Assembly: GCA_963704165.1 (NCBI GenBank)
Contig: CAVPHD010000011.1
Span: 160,001-224,000, forward strand
DNA from: an uncultured delta proteobacterium
Lineage (GTDB): Bacteria; Myxococcota_A; UBA9160; SZUA-336
Reading direction: 5' to 3'
Length of the DNA: 64,000 nt
The position numbers and the translations under genes were made by a program. Below are positions 46,029 to 55,601 of this stretch, piece after piece. The stretch's first letter is position 1, and each line of letters starts with the position of its first letter. Below the pieces are notes generated by a model. That model was given only the letters and a program-made list of their open reading frames with translations, searched no databases and had not been told where the DNA came from.

Positions 46029-47240
46029 ATGGCCACAGCGCTCGACGGAATTCGCGTCATCGACCTCACGGTCTGGTTCCAGGGGCCGGTCGCCGCGCAG
46101 CACCTCGCGGACTTCGGCGCGGAAGTGATCAAGGTCGAGCGCCCGCAGGGCGGCGATCAGGGGCGCGGGGTCCGCAGCATCAAGGCCGTGCCCGTCGGCG
46201 ACTGGAACCAGTACTTCCTCGTGATCAACCGCAACAAGAAGAGCCTCGCGCTCGATCTGAAGAAGCCCGCGGGACGCGAGATCCTGTACCGCCTGGTCGA
46301 GGAGTCCGACGTCTTCCTGACCAATCTGGGCGCGGAGAACCTCGCGAGCTGGGATTTGTCGTACGAGAAGCTCCACTCGATCAACCCGCGCCTCGTCTAC
46401 GCGACGAATAGCGGCTACGGACCGTTCGGCGGCATCGACAAGCCCTCCTTCGACATGACGGTGCAGGCGTTGACCGGTCTGATGGCCCGACTCGGCGAGC
46501 CGGGCGAGCCGCCGATCTACCTCGGCATGGGATCGGGCGACTCGATCGGCGGACTGATGGCGGCGCTCGGGATCCTGCTCGCGCTTCACCATCGCCGACG
46601 CACGGGGCGGGGACAGCGCCTGGACGCCTCTTTGTACGGCGCTCAGCTCTTCCTCGCCGCACCGAGCCTGCAGGCGTATCTGGCGACGCGAAGCGCTCGC
46701 CATTCACGACAGCGCTCGCGAATGGACGCGACCCATCCGCTCTGGAATCGCTACCCGACGCGCGACGGCTGGATCTTCCTGTGCATGCGGGAGAGCGACG
46801 AGAACTGGCGACGTGTCTGCGAGGGGCTCGAGGATCCGGAGCTCGAACGCGAGCCGCGCTTCGAGAACTCGGAGCTTCGAAGCCGGAACGCACGCGCGTT
46901 GGTCGAGCGCCTCGACGAATCGCTTCGCCGACGCACGTCGGCCCAGTGGATGGAGCGCTTCCGCCGGCTCGACATCGTCGCGAGCCCGATCGGGAACCTG
47001 GCCGACGTCACGTCGGACCCGCAAGCGTGGGCCAACGACTATTTCATGGAGAGTTACTGCGAAGAGGTGAAGCGGGACGTGAAGATCCGCGGCCTGCCAG
47101 TGGGGCTCGGACGAACGCCCGGAACGGTGCGCGCGCTGGGACCGGAGCTCGGTCAGGACACCGAGCTGATCCTGACCGAAACACTCGGCTACACCTGGGA
47201 CCAGGTCGACGAGTTCAAGGCGAAGGGAGCGATCCCGTGA
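46029..47240 (+). CDS. Family III CoA-transferase
   Basis: NRNKKS, SGDSIGG. Confidence 0.9.
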   Translation: MATALDGIRVIDLTVWFQGPVAAQHLADFGAEVIKVERPQGGDQGRGVRSIKAVPVGDWNQYFLVINRNKKSLALDLKKPAGREILYRLVEESDVFLTNLGAENLASWDLSYEKLHSINPRLVYATNSGYGPFGGIDKPSFDMTVQALTGLMARLGEPGEPPIYLGMGSGDSIGGLMAALGILLALHHRRRTGRGQRLDASLYGAQLFLAAPSLQAYLATRSARHSRQRSRMDATHPLWNRYPTRDGWIFLCMRESDENWRRVCEGLEDPELEREPRFENSELRSRNARALVERLDESLRRRTSAQWMERFRRLDIVASPIGNLADVTSDPQAWANDYFMESYCEEVKRDVKIRGLPVGLGRTPGTVRALGPELGQDTELILTETLGYTWDQVDEFKAKGAIP

Positions 47241-48478
47241 GTCCCAGCGCCCGCGGACCTCTCGATGGAATTCGCGTGCTGGATCTCGCGACGATGCTCG
47301 CCGGTCCGTACGGCGCGACCCTGCTCGGCGATCTCGGCGCCGACGTGATCAAGGTCGAGTCGCACTTCGGAGACGACAGCCGGCATCTCGGTCCCGAGCG
47401 CGACGGGGAGCGCACCGCGTTCCTCAGCCTGAACCGGAACAAGCGCGGCGTCGTGCTCGACCTGCGTCGCGAGAGCGCGCGGCGCGCGTTCGAACGTCTG
47501 CTGCGGACCACCGACATCCTGATCACCAACGTCCGCGAGCCCGCGCTCTCGCGCCTGGGACTCGACTACGCACAGGTGTGTCAGCACCGGCCGGACGTCA
47601 TCTGGATCGGCGTCACCGCATTCGGAGCGGACGGCCCCTATGCCGGACGGCCGGGAATCGACTTCCTCGCGCAGGGCTTCGCCGGGCTGCTCGCGCTGAA
47701 TGGCGATCCCGACGGCGACCCCGTGCGCGTGACCGTTCCGCTGGTCGACGTGATGACGTCGCTCCTGGTCTCGTCGTCCGCGCTCGCCGCCCTGCACTCG
47801 CGCTCGGCGACGGGCCGAGGTCAGCGCATCGACCTGTCGCTCCTCGACGCGCTGGTGCACGCGCAGACGAGCGCGATCGGCGCGTATCTGGTGGCCGGCG
47901 AAGTCGCGCCGCGAACCGGGAATCGCAGCCAGTACTTCGCGCCCTCCGGCATCTACACCTGCGCCGACGGCGAGCGCGTGGTGATCACCTGCCCCTCGGA
48001 GAAGTTCTTCCGAAAGCTCTGCGATTCGCTCGACGTCGACTGGGTCGCCGACCCGCGCTTCGCGAACATCGAGCGCAGGCTCGAGAACGTCGAGGCTCTC
48101 GACGCGCTGCTGCAGGAGCGCTGCGGGAGCCTGCCGCGCGCCGCGCTGATCGAGCGGCTGGTCGCCGGCGACGTGCTGACGGCTCCGGTGAACGAGCTTC
48201 CCGACGTCGTGCAGGATCCGCAGATCCGCCACAACGGCATGATCGCCCGCGTCGAGCACGCGCGCCTCGGGCCGATCGAGATCGTGGGCACGCCGCTGCA
48301 CCTGCAGGGAACGCCCGCCTCGGTCCGCCGCGCGCCTCCGCTGCACGGCCAGCACACCGTGGAGCTGCTCCTCGAGCTCGGCTATTCGGTGACGGAGATC
48401 GAGGATCTCGTCCGCGACGGCGCGGCGGCGACCGATCTCGACACCGCAAAGGCCGCGCGAGGCGAACGGAACGAGTAG
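47237..48478 (+). CDS. Family III CoA-transferase
   Basis: NRNKR, LVDVMTS. Confidence 0.9.
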   Translation: MSPSARGPLDGIRVLDLATMLAGPYGATLLGDLGADVIKVESHFGDDSRHLGPERDGERTAFLSLNRNKRGVVLDLRRESARRAFERLLRTTDILITNVREPALSRLGLDYAQVCQHRPDVIWIGVTAFGADGPYAGRPGIDFLAQGFAGLLALNGDPDGDPVRVTVPLVDVMTSLLVSSSALAALHSRSATGRGQRIDLSLLDALVHAQTSAIGAYLVAGEVAPRTGNRSQYFAPSGIYTCADGERVVITCPSEKFFRKLCDSLDVDWVADPRFANIERRLENVEALDALLQERCGSLPRAALIERLVAGDVLTAPVNELPDVVQDPQIRHNGMIARVEHARLGPIEIVGTPLHLQGTPASVRRAPPLHGQHTVELLLELGYSVTEIEDLVRDGAAATDLDTAKAARGERNE

Positions 48479-48492
48479 CGCCGGGGCGCGCG

Positions 48493-49380
48493 TCAGTCCT
48501 CGGAGCTGCCCTCGTCGTATTCCTTCGCGAGCTTGCGTCGCAGCTCGCTCTCGCGCTCGCGCAGGCTCCAGAAGCGCGGCGGGCGACGCTGCGAGAAGGC
48601 CGCCCCCCCTTCCCTTCCCTCGGGCTGGTCGAACCAATCGGGATAGAGCTGGCTCGAGATCACGCCCATCTCGGCGTACCCGTCCATCTGCTGGTCGAAC
48701 GCCGCCTTCAGGACTTCGAGGCAGCCGGGGCTGGCCAGAAGCAGATCCTCGCACCACGCATCGACGGCCTCGTCGAGCCGCGCGCGCGGAACGACACGGT
48801 TCACGAGTCCCATCTGCAGGGCCTCGTGCGCGGTGTAGCGCCGGCACAGCATCCACATCTCCCGCGCGCGCTTGGCCCCGACGACGTTCACCAGATAGGG
48901 AACGAAGAAGCCGTCCGCGGGGCTCGAGACGCGCGGACCCGCCTGACCGAAGATCGCGTCCTCGGCGGCGATCGTGAAGTCGCAGCAGTACGCCATGTGA
49001 TTGTGCCCGCCGAGGCAATAGCCCTGCACGACGGCGATCACGGGCTTTCGCGACAGCCGGATCAGACGGTTGTGCGGATAGCGGTTGTAGAACGCCTCGC
49101 GCAGCCCCCACTTCTCCCACTCGACGTCGCCGCCCGTGCCGAAGTGATCACCGCTGCCCGCGACGATCAGCACGCCGATCGCGGCATCGTGGTTCGCGTC
49201 GTAGAACGCGCGGAACATCTCGTCGACGGTTCGGAGCGTCATCACGTTGAGCTTGTCGGGCTTGTCGATGGTGATGCGCGCCATGCCACCCTGAAGCGTG
49301 GCGTGAATCCGCTTCTCGTACCGGATCTCCTCGAAATCGAGACCCGCGCCTTCGACCCGCCGCCACTCGCCAAAGCTCAT
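48493..49380 (-). CDS. MenB/BadI-like crotonase (possible ring-opening hydrolase)
   Basis: EEIRYEK, GGD, FGQAGPRV, AREMWMLCRRYTA, EGREG. Confidence 0.75.
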   Translation of the reverse strand: MSFGEWRRVEGAGLDFEEIRYEKRIHATLQGGMARITIDKPDKLNVMTLRTVDEMFRAFYDANHDAAIGVLIVAGSGDHFGTGGDVEWEKWGLREAFYNRYPHNRLIRLSRKPVIAVVQGYCLGGHNHMAYCCDFTIAAEDAIFGQAGPRVSSPADGFFVPYLVNVVGAKRAREMWMLCRRYTAHEALQMGLVNRVVPRARLDEAVDAWCEDLLLASPGCLEVLKAAFDQQMDGYAEMGVISSQLYPDWFDQPEGREGGAAFSQRRPPRFWSLRERESELRRKLAKEYDEGSSED

Positions 49381-49409
49381 GCTCGTGCGCCTCCGTTCGT
49401 CGCTGATCT

Positions 49410-49838
49410 CTAGAGTGAACCGACGACCCGGCCGGCGTCGCGAATCAGGTCGGTGAGCGCCGTCCCGCCCAGCCTGCGAAACGCGTCCGGAAGCTCGCCC
49501 TCCAGCCCCAAGAACTCGGTCCAGACGGGGCACGCGTAGATCACGACGCCCGCGCGTTCGGCGAGCGCGAACAGTCCCTTCGCATCGAGCTGACGTCCGA
49601 CACCGCGCCCGAGCAGCGGCAGGCCCGCGCGCGAAGCGCGCTCGGCGATGCCGAGACGCACGGCCTGACCCGAGAGCTCGCGGGGCCAGTCGAACGTCCC
49701 CCGCACGGCCGCGGCGAGCGCTTCCTGCGTCAGGAGCACGCCGACCTCCTGCCCCGCCTCCCGCGCGCGGATCGCCGTGAGCAGGTTTCCGGCGAGCGAG
49801 CTCGCGAGCGCATCGCGGATGATCAGCAGCAGATCCAT
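49410..49838 (-). CDS. DsrE-like protein
   Basis: AGQEVGVLLTQEA, GVVIYACP. Confidence 0.55.
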   Translation of the reverse strand: MDLLLIIRDALASSLAGNLLTAIRAREAGQEVGVLLTQEALAAAVRGTFDWPRELSGQAVRLGIAERASRAGLPLLGRGVGRQLDAKGLFALAERAGVVIYACPVWTEFLGLEGELPDAFRRLGGTALTDLIRDAGRVVGSL

Positions 49839-49997
49839 CGTCCCTCTCGATTCGCGCAGACCGACTCCGCACGAGAAGACGCGAACCGATGCTCTTCGTC
49901 AAGCGACCCCGCCGCGCGGTGCCATGCGGTAGAATCGGCACGTCGGGATGCTCCCGCACTCTGACGCAACGTTCCGGAAGTCCCGACGAGGCTGCGC

Positions 49998-50894
49998 ATG
50001 AAACCGGCCCCCTTCGACTACTTCGCCGCATCGAGCGCGGACGAAGCCGTCGGCCTGCTCGCGAAGCACGGCGACGACGCGATGGTCCTCGCCGGGGGAC
50101 AGAGCCTGCTTCCGCTTCTCAACCTCCGACTCGCGCGTCCCGCGGTCCTGGTCGATGTGTCGAAGGTCGGCGAGCTCGACTACATCCGGGAGTCGGATCG
50201 CGGACTCGAGATCGGCGCGGTGACCTCCAAGCGAAACGTCGAGCACTCGGCGCTCGTGCGCGAGCGCCACCCGCTCCTGCACGCCACCACCTGCTTGATC
50301 GCCCACCCTCCGATTCGCAGCCGCGGAACCGTCGGAGGATCCCTCGTGCAGGCGGATCCCGCCGCCGAGTATCCCGCGCTCGCGGTGGCGCTCGACGCGG
50401 AGCTTCACGTCGCGAGCTCCGAGGGCGAACGGACGATCGCCGCGGACGATTTCTTTCACGGCTTCCTGGCGACGGACCTCGCACCCGGCGAGCTGCTCAA
50501 GTCCGTGCTCTGGCCGAAGCTCGAGCCGGGCAGCGGCTGGTCGTGCCTGGAGTTCGCACGACGCCCGGGCGACTTCGCGCTGGCCGGAGTCGTGGTGACG
50601 GTGTCGCTCGACGACGGCGGCCGCTTCGCGGAGACACGCCTGGTTCCGTTCGGCGTCGGTGCTCGGCCCGTGCGCCTGCGAGATGCGGAGCAGACGCTGC
50701 TCGGCGAGGCGCCGGGCGACGCCGTCTACGAACGAGCGGCGGAACGGGCGGTCGCGTCGCTCGAGCCGCCGCATTCCGACGTCCACGCGTCCTCGGAGTA
50801 CCGCCTGCACCTGATGCGCGTGCTCCTCGGTCGCGCGCTCACCGAGGCGAGCGCGCGTGCGCATCGTCAACGGGAGAACCCGCCGCGTGCCTGA
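49998..50894 (+). CDS. Mo-hydroxylase FAD (medium) subunit, CoxM-like
   Basis: MKPAPFDY, AGGQSL, RSRGTVGGS. Confidence 0.92.
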   Translation: MKPAPFDYFAASSADEAVGLLAKHGDDAMVLAGGQSLLPLLNLRLARPAVLVDVSKVGELDYIRESDRGLEIGAVTSKRNVEHSALVRERHPLLHATTCLIAHPPIRSRGTVGGSLVQADPAAEYPALAVALDAELHVASSEGERTIAADDFFHGFLATDLAPGELLKSVLWPKLEPGSGWSCLEFARRPGDFALAGVVVTVSLDDGGRFAETRLVPFGVGARPVRLRDAEQTLLGEAPGDAVYERAAERAVASLEPPHSDVHASSEYRLHLMRVLLGRALTEASARAHRQRENPPRA

Positions 50895-51375
50895 TCGACA
50901 CCCCATCCGCCTGAACGTGAACGGCCGCGCGCACGAAGGCAGCGCCGAAGCGCGAACCTCGCTCGCGGACTTCCTGCGGCACGAACTCGGACTGACGGGC
51001 ACGCACGTCGGCTGCGAGCACGGCGTCTGCGGCGCGTGCACCGTCCTGCTCGACGGCATCCCGGTCCGCTCCTGTCTCACGCTCGCCGTGCAGGCCAGCG
51101 GGTCGAACGTCGCGACGGTCGAAGGACTCGCACCCGACGGAGAGCTTCACCCGATCCAGCGCGCGTTCATGCAGGAGCGGGGCCTGCAGTGCGGCTTCTG
51201 CACGCCCGGCTTCCTGATCGGCGTGCAAGACCTGCTGCAGCGCAACTCCGATCCGAGCGACGACGAGATCAAGGAAGCGCTCGGCGGTCAGATCTGTCGC
51301 TGTACGGGGTACCAGTCGATCCTCGCGTCGGTGCGGAGAGCCGCGGCCATGCTGCGCCAGGCGAACGGGGCCTGA
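50887..51375 (+). CDS. Mo-hydroxylase 2x[2Fe-2S] (small) subunit, CoxS-like
   Basis: GCEHGVCGACT, QCGFCTPG, CRC. Confidence 0.92.
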   Translation: MPDRHPIRLNVNGRAHEGSAEARTSLADFLRHELGLTGTHVGCEHGVCGACTVLLDGIPVRSCLTLAVQASGSNVATVEGLAPDGELHPIQRAFMQERGLQCGFCTPGFLIGVQDLLQRNSDPSDDEIKEALGGQICRCTGYQSILASVRRAAAMLRQANGA

Positions 51376-51378
51376 GCT

Positions 51379-53799
51379 TTGGCTGGCGAATTCCCCAAGG
51401 ACCCGTCCGGTCTGCCGACCCGCAAGCTCCGCTTCGTCGGCCATCCGGTCGAGCGCGTCGAGGATCCGAAGCTGCTGACGGGGCGCACGCCGTTCATCGA
51501 CGATCTCTCGCTGCCCGGAATGCTGCACTGCGCGATCCTGCGCAGCCCCTACGCGCACGCGCGCATCGCATCGGTCGATCTCGGCGAAGCCGAAAAACTT
51601 CCCGGCGTGGCCGCGGCCGTCTGCGGCGCGGATGCGCTGCGCTGGACGGAGCGCGCGCTGACCGTGCCCGCCGGATGGGGCACGCACTGCCTCGCCACCG
51701 ATCGCGCGCGCTTTGCCGGTGAGCCCGTCGCCGCGGTGGCCGCCACGAGCCGGGCGCTGGCCGAGGACGCGATCGAGCGGATCCGTGTCGACTACGAGCC
51801 GCTTCCCGCCGTCGTGGACGCGCGCGAGGCGGCGAAGCCGGAAAGCACGCCGCTCTTCGAGGAACACGGACACAACGTCATGTTCCAGCGGGTCTTCCGC
51901 TGGGGAGACGTCGATCGCGTCTTCCAGGAGGCGGATCGCGTCGTCGAGGAATCGTTTCGTTGGCACCGCCTGGGCGCGAACCCGATGGAGACGTTCGGCG
52001 TCATCAGCCAGTGGGATCCGGTCGACGGAAGCCTGACCTGTCACGGCAGCTTCCAGTCCCAGTCCCAGATGGCGCTCGGCCGCGCGGCGTCGCTGCGCCT
52101 CCCGTCGCACAAGGTTCGCCTGATCAGCCAACCGCACGGCGGCAGCTTCGGCGGCAAGGGGGGATTCCGCGGCACCGACATCAGCGCGCTCCTCTCGCGC
52201 AAGGCCGGCGGTCGGCCGGTGAAGTGGATCGAGGATCGCATCGAGTACATGTCCGGCGGCGCGAGCCAGTCCTGGGACCGACACTATACGGCGTCACTCG
52301 CGGTACGAAACGACGGCACCGTGACGGGATTCCGCGTGAAGTTGCTCGACGACCTCGGCGCGACCGCCGAGGGGTTCGGGGCCGTCAGCGCCGCCAAACC
52401 CCTGAGCTCGTTCACGGGCTGCTACGCGATTCCGGTGGCCGAGTACGACTTGACGATCGTCGCGACGAACAAGCTGCCCGGCAGTCCGTATCGCGGCATG
52501 GGACCGCCGCCGCACAACCTGGTGCTCGAGCAGCTGATGGACATCGCCGCGCGCGAGCTCGCGCTCGACCCCGCGGAGCTGCGCCGTCGCAACTTCATCG
52601 CGCCCGATCAATTTCCCTACACGATCGCGAGCGGAAACGAGTACGACAGCGGCAACTACGAGGCCGCCCTGAACGAGGTGCTCGAGCTTTCGGACTACCC
52701 CGCGTTGCGCGCGCGACAGGCGTCGGCACGCGCCGAGGGGCGGCTCGTCGGCATCGGAATCGTCAGCACGATCGAGCCCGGCGTCTTCGACTGGAACGCG
52801 TACTCGATCCTCGGGATGCCGAGCACGGGCGTACCCGAGGGCTGCACGGTCGCGATCGACATCCTCGGCAAGGTGCTCGTGCGCGTCGGCTTCGCGCTCG
52901 AAGGTCAGGGGCAGTACACGGTCGCGACCCAGCTCCTCGCGGACTACTTCGGCGTCGAGCTCGACGACGTCAAGGTGATTCCGCAGGACTCCCTTTCGGC
53001 GCCGCCCCACTTCGGTCCCGGCGGCAGCCGGCTCGGCGTGGCGCTGACGGGCGCGGTGCTCGGCGCCGCCAAACGACTCGAGCAGAAGCTCGCGATCGTC
53101 GCGGCGGCGTTGCTGCAGACCGAGCCCGACGCGCTCGAGCTGATGGACGGATCGTTCCGGATCAAGGGCGCACCGGAGGCCGCGATTCCGCTCGCGCAGG
53201 TGGCCGGGACGATGCTCGCGCGAAGCGACCTGCTGCCTCCCGGCGTCGAGCCGAGTCCCGAGGCCACCTACGTATGGACCGCGCCCGGACGCACGCAAGC
53301 CGACGAGCTCGGGCGCGCCAAGAGCTATCTGACCGCGGCGAATGCGTGTCACGTCGTCGGGGTCGAGATCGATCGCGAGACCGGCCGCGTCGAGATCCTC
53401 GACTACTGCATCGCAGACGACTGCGGAACACGACTGAATCCGGCGATCGTCGAGGGCATGATCCAAGGCGGTGTTGCCCAGGGCATCGGCGCGGCGCTGC
53501 TCGAGGAGTACCACTACGACGGGTCGGGCCAACCGCTGACCTCGACGCTGATGGACTATCTGCTGCCGACGATTCACGATGTGCCCGCGATGCGCATGCG
53601 CGCGATCGTGACGCCGTCCCCGTTCACGCCGCTCGGCGCGAAGGGCGTCGGCGAGGGAGCGATGCACACGACGCCCGCCGCGATTCTGTGCGCAATCAAC
53701 GACGCGCTCGCACCGCTCGGGGTGCGCGCGACCGAGATCCCGGCTTCCCCGGAGCGCCTCTGGCGACTCATGCACGGAGCCGGGCCGCGAACTCGCTAG
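51379..53799 (+). CDS. Xanthine dehydrogenase-family molybdopterin (large) subunit
   Basis: GGSFGGK, PYRGMG, GQG, QGIG, KGVGE. Confidence 0.92.
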   Translation: MAGEFPKDPSGLPTRKLRFVGHPVERVEDPKLLTGRTPFIDDLSLPGMLHCAILRSPYAHARIASVDLGEAEKLPGVAAAVCGADALRWTERALTVPAGWGTHCLATDRARFAGEPVAAVAATSRALAEDAIERIRVDYEPLPAVVDAREAAKPESTPLFEEHGHNVMFQRVFRWGDVDRVFQEADRVVEESFRWHRLGANPMETFGVISQWDPVDGSLTCHGSFQSQSQMALGRAASLRLPSHKVRLISQPHGGSFGGKGGFRGTDISALLSRKAGGRPVKWIEDRIEYMSGGASQSWDRHYTASLAVRNDGTVTGFRVKLLDDLGATAEGFGAVSAAKPLSSFTGCYAIPVAEYDLTIVATNKLPGSPYRGMGPPPHNLVLEQLMDIAARELALDPAELRRRNFIAPDQFPYTIASGNEYDSGNYEAALNEVLELSDYPALRARQASARAEGRLVGIGIVSTIEPGVFDWNAYSILGMPSTGVPEGCTVAIDILGKVLVRVGFALEGQGQYTVATQLLADYFGVELDDVKVIPQDSLSAPPHFGPGGSRLGVALTGAVLGAAKRLEQKLAIVAAALLQTEPDALELMDGSFRIKGAPEAAIPLAQVAGTMLARSDLLPPGVEPSPEATYVWTAPGRTQADELGRAKSYLTAANACHVVGVEIDRETGRVEILDYCIADDCGTRLNPAIVEGMIQGGVAQGIGAALLEEYHYDGSGQPLTSTLMDYLLPTIHDVPAMRMRAIVTPSPFTPLGAKGVGEGAMHTTPAAILCAINDALAPLGVRATEIPASPERLWRLMHGAGPRTR

Positions 53800-53817
53800 C
53801 AGAGAAGGAGCCACCCC

Positions 53818-54795
53818 ATGAAAGAAGCCGATCACTTCGTCGCGCTCAGCGAATGCCACATGATGAATCCGCAGTCGATGGAGGAGATGGGGTACTACCC
53901 CGGCTTCACGCGCTGGTGGCAGAGCATCGACGGTGTCATCCGCGCCTGGGCCGGGCGCGATCTGGCGGGCGGTGGCCACATGCCCGCGCCGATCGCGTCG
54001 GAGCTGGTCAAGTACATGGACGAAGCGCGCGTCGACGTGGCGTTCGCGCTTCGCGAGTCGATGATGGACATCAACGGCAACGTGATGCCGATGTCGACCA
54101 ACGCGTTCATCCTGCAACAGATCGAGCCCTACCGGGATCGGCTCTACCTGGAGTGCAACGTCGGACCGGTCATCCGGCGCGGCGTCGAGCACGCGATCTG
54201 GGAGCTCGAGTACCTCGTCAAGGAGCGAAACGCCCGGCTCTGCAAGTTGTACGTCCCCGAAGACGAAGGGCCGCTCGACGACCGCCGCCTCTGGCCCTTC
54301 TACGAGAAGTGCTGCGAGCTCGACATCGCGGTGACGATCCACACCGGCATGTCCTACGTGGTTCCGCAGCCGAGCAAGCACACCCATCCGGGTCTGCTCG
54401 ACGACGTGCTGCTCGCCTTCCCCGATCTCAAGGTGATCGCCTACCACATGGGCTGGCCCCATTCGGAGGAGCTGATCGGCCTGGCCGGCAAACACCGAAA
54501 TCTGTACCTCAGCCTGTCGGGGATCATCGGCTGGTTCCAGCGCGCGCCGTATCGCGGGTATCACATGATCGGCGAAGCGATCCAGTGGGCGGGACCCGAC
54601 CGCATCGTGATGGGCCTCGACCTGCCCTTCGACGACATCGGGCGCGTCGTCGACTGGGTGAGAACCCTCCAGATCCCCGAAGAGCTGCAGCAGAAGTGGG
54701 GATACGCGCCGATCACCGAGGACGACCGCGCGGGAATTCTCGGACGCACGCTCGCGAAGCTCGCCAAGATCGAGCCGACCAAGCGGGTCAAATGA
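53818..54795 (+). CDS. Amidohydrolase_2 family protein
   Basis: PFYEKC, IHTG, HMGWP, GLDLP. Confidence 0.8.
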   Translation: MKEADHFVALSECHMMNPQSMEEMGYYPGFTRWWQSIDGVIRAWAGRDLAGGGHMPAPIASELVKYMDEARVDVAFALRESMMDINGNVMPMSTNAFILQQIEPYRDRLYLECNVGPVIRRGVEHAIWELEYLVKERNARLCKLYVPEDEGPLDDRRLWPFYEKCCELDIAVTIHTGMSYVVPQPSKHTHPGLLDDVLLAFPDLKVIAYHMGWPHSEELIGLAGKHRNLYLSLSGIIGWFQRAPYRGYHMIGEAIQWAGPDRIVMGLDLPFDDIGRVVDWVRTLQIPEELQQKWGYAPITEDDRAGILGRTLAKLAKIEPTKRVK

Positions 54796-55583
54796 GTCGC
54801 ACGGTGAGCGCGGAGCTGCCCGAGACGATCTCACTCGAGCGACGGGGACGAATCGCCGTCATCACGATGAACCGTCCCGAGGCGATGAACGCCTACACCG
54901 TCGAGATGCTCGCGGGTCTCGAAGAGGCGTTCCGGATCTTCGATCGCGACGCCGACCTCTGGGTCGCCGTCCTGACCGGGGCCGGGTCGAAGAGCTTCTG
55001 TGCCGGAATGGACTTGAAGGACGCCGCGCCGCTCTTGACCTCGGGCGATTCGCTCGGGTACGACGACCCGACCAAGCGCCAGTTCTCGGACGTCTTCAAG
55101 CCGATCATCGCGGCGGTGAACGGGCTCTGCATCGCGGGCGGGCTCGAGATGCTGCAGGGCACCGACCTGCGGATCGCGGCCGAGCACGCGAAGTTCGGAC
55201 TCGGAGAGGTGCGCTGGGGCCTGGTTCCCGCCGGAGGCTCGCACATCCGACTGCCGCGGCAGATCCCCTGGGCCGTCGCGATGGAGCTCTTGCTCACCGG
55301 CGAGTCCCTCGACGCCCGGCGGGCGCTCGAGATCGGGCTCGTGAATCGCGTCGTTCCCGCGGATCAGGTCATGCCCGAGGCGCTCGCGCTCGCGGAGAAG
55401 ATCTGCCGCAACGGTCCCCTCGCCGTACGCACCGCCAAGGAGATCGCGGTGCGCGCGCTCGGCCAGGAGTCGGGATTCGTGCTCGAGAAGACGCTCGCCG
55501 CGCGCGTCTTCGCATCGGAGGACGCGCGCGAGGGACCCCGCGCCTTCGCCGAGAAACGCCCTCCCCGCTTCACCGGTCGCTAG
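54792..55583 (+). CDS. Enoyl-CoA hydratase family protein
   Basis: NRPEAMNA, FCAGMDL, GGLE, GEVRWG. Confidence 0.88.
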   Translation: MSRTVSAELPETISLERRGRIAVITMNRPEAMNAYTVEMLAGLEEAFRIFDRDADLWVAVLTGAGSKSFCAGMDLKDAAPLLTSGDSLGYDDPTKRQFSDVFKPIIAAVNGLCIAGGLEMLQGTDLRIAAEHAKFGLGEVRWGLVPAGGSHIRLPRQIPWAVAMELLLTGESLDARRALEIGLVNRVVPADQVMPEALALAEKICRNGPLAVRTAKEIAVRALGQESGFVLEKTLAARVFASEDAREGPRAFAEKRPPRFTGR

Positions 55584-55601
55584 AACCGTCGAGCGAACGG
55601 A

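Noticed and set aside
48493..49380. menB of menaquinone synthesis
   Set aside because: Diagnostic motifs are altered and no other men genes are adjacent
49998..53799. Aerobic CO dehydrogenase (coxMSL with coxG)
   Set aside because: Lacks the AYxCSFR Cu-binding motif and the coxDEF genes; context is organic catabolism
52294..54834. Long antisense and overlapping ORFs here and throughout the window
   Set aside because: Expected shadow ORFs in high-GC DNA, with no recognisable motifs
51960..55583. 1207-aa ORF
   Set aside because: Off-frame Arg/Ala-rich readthrough; only the last ~263 aa (hydratase) are real
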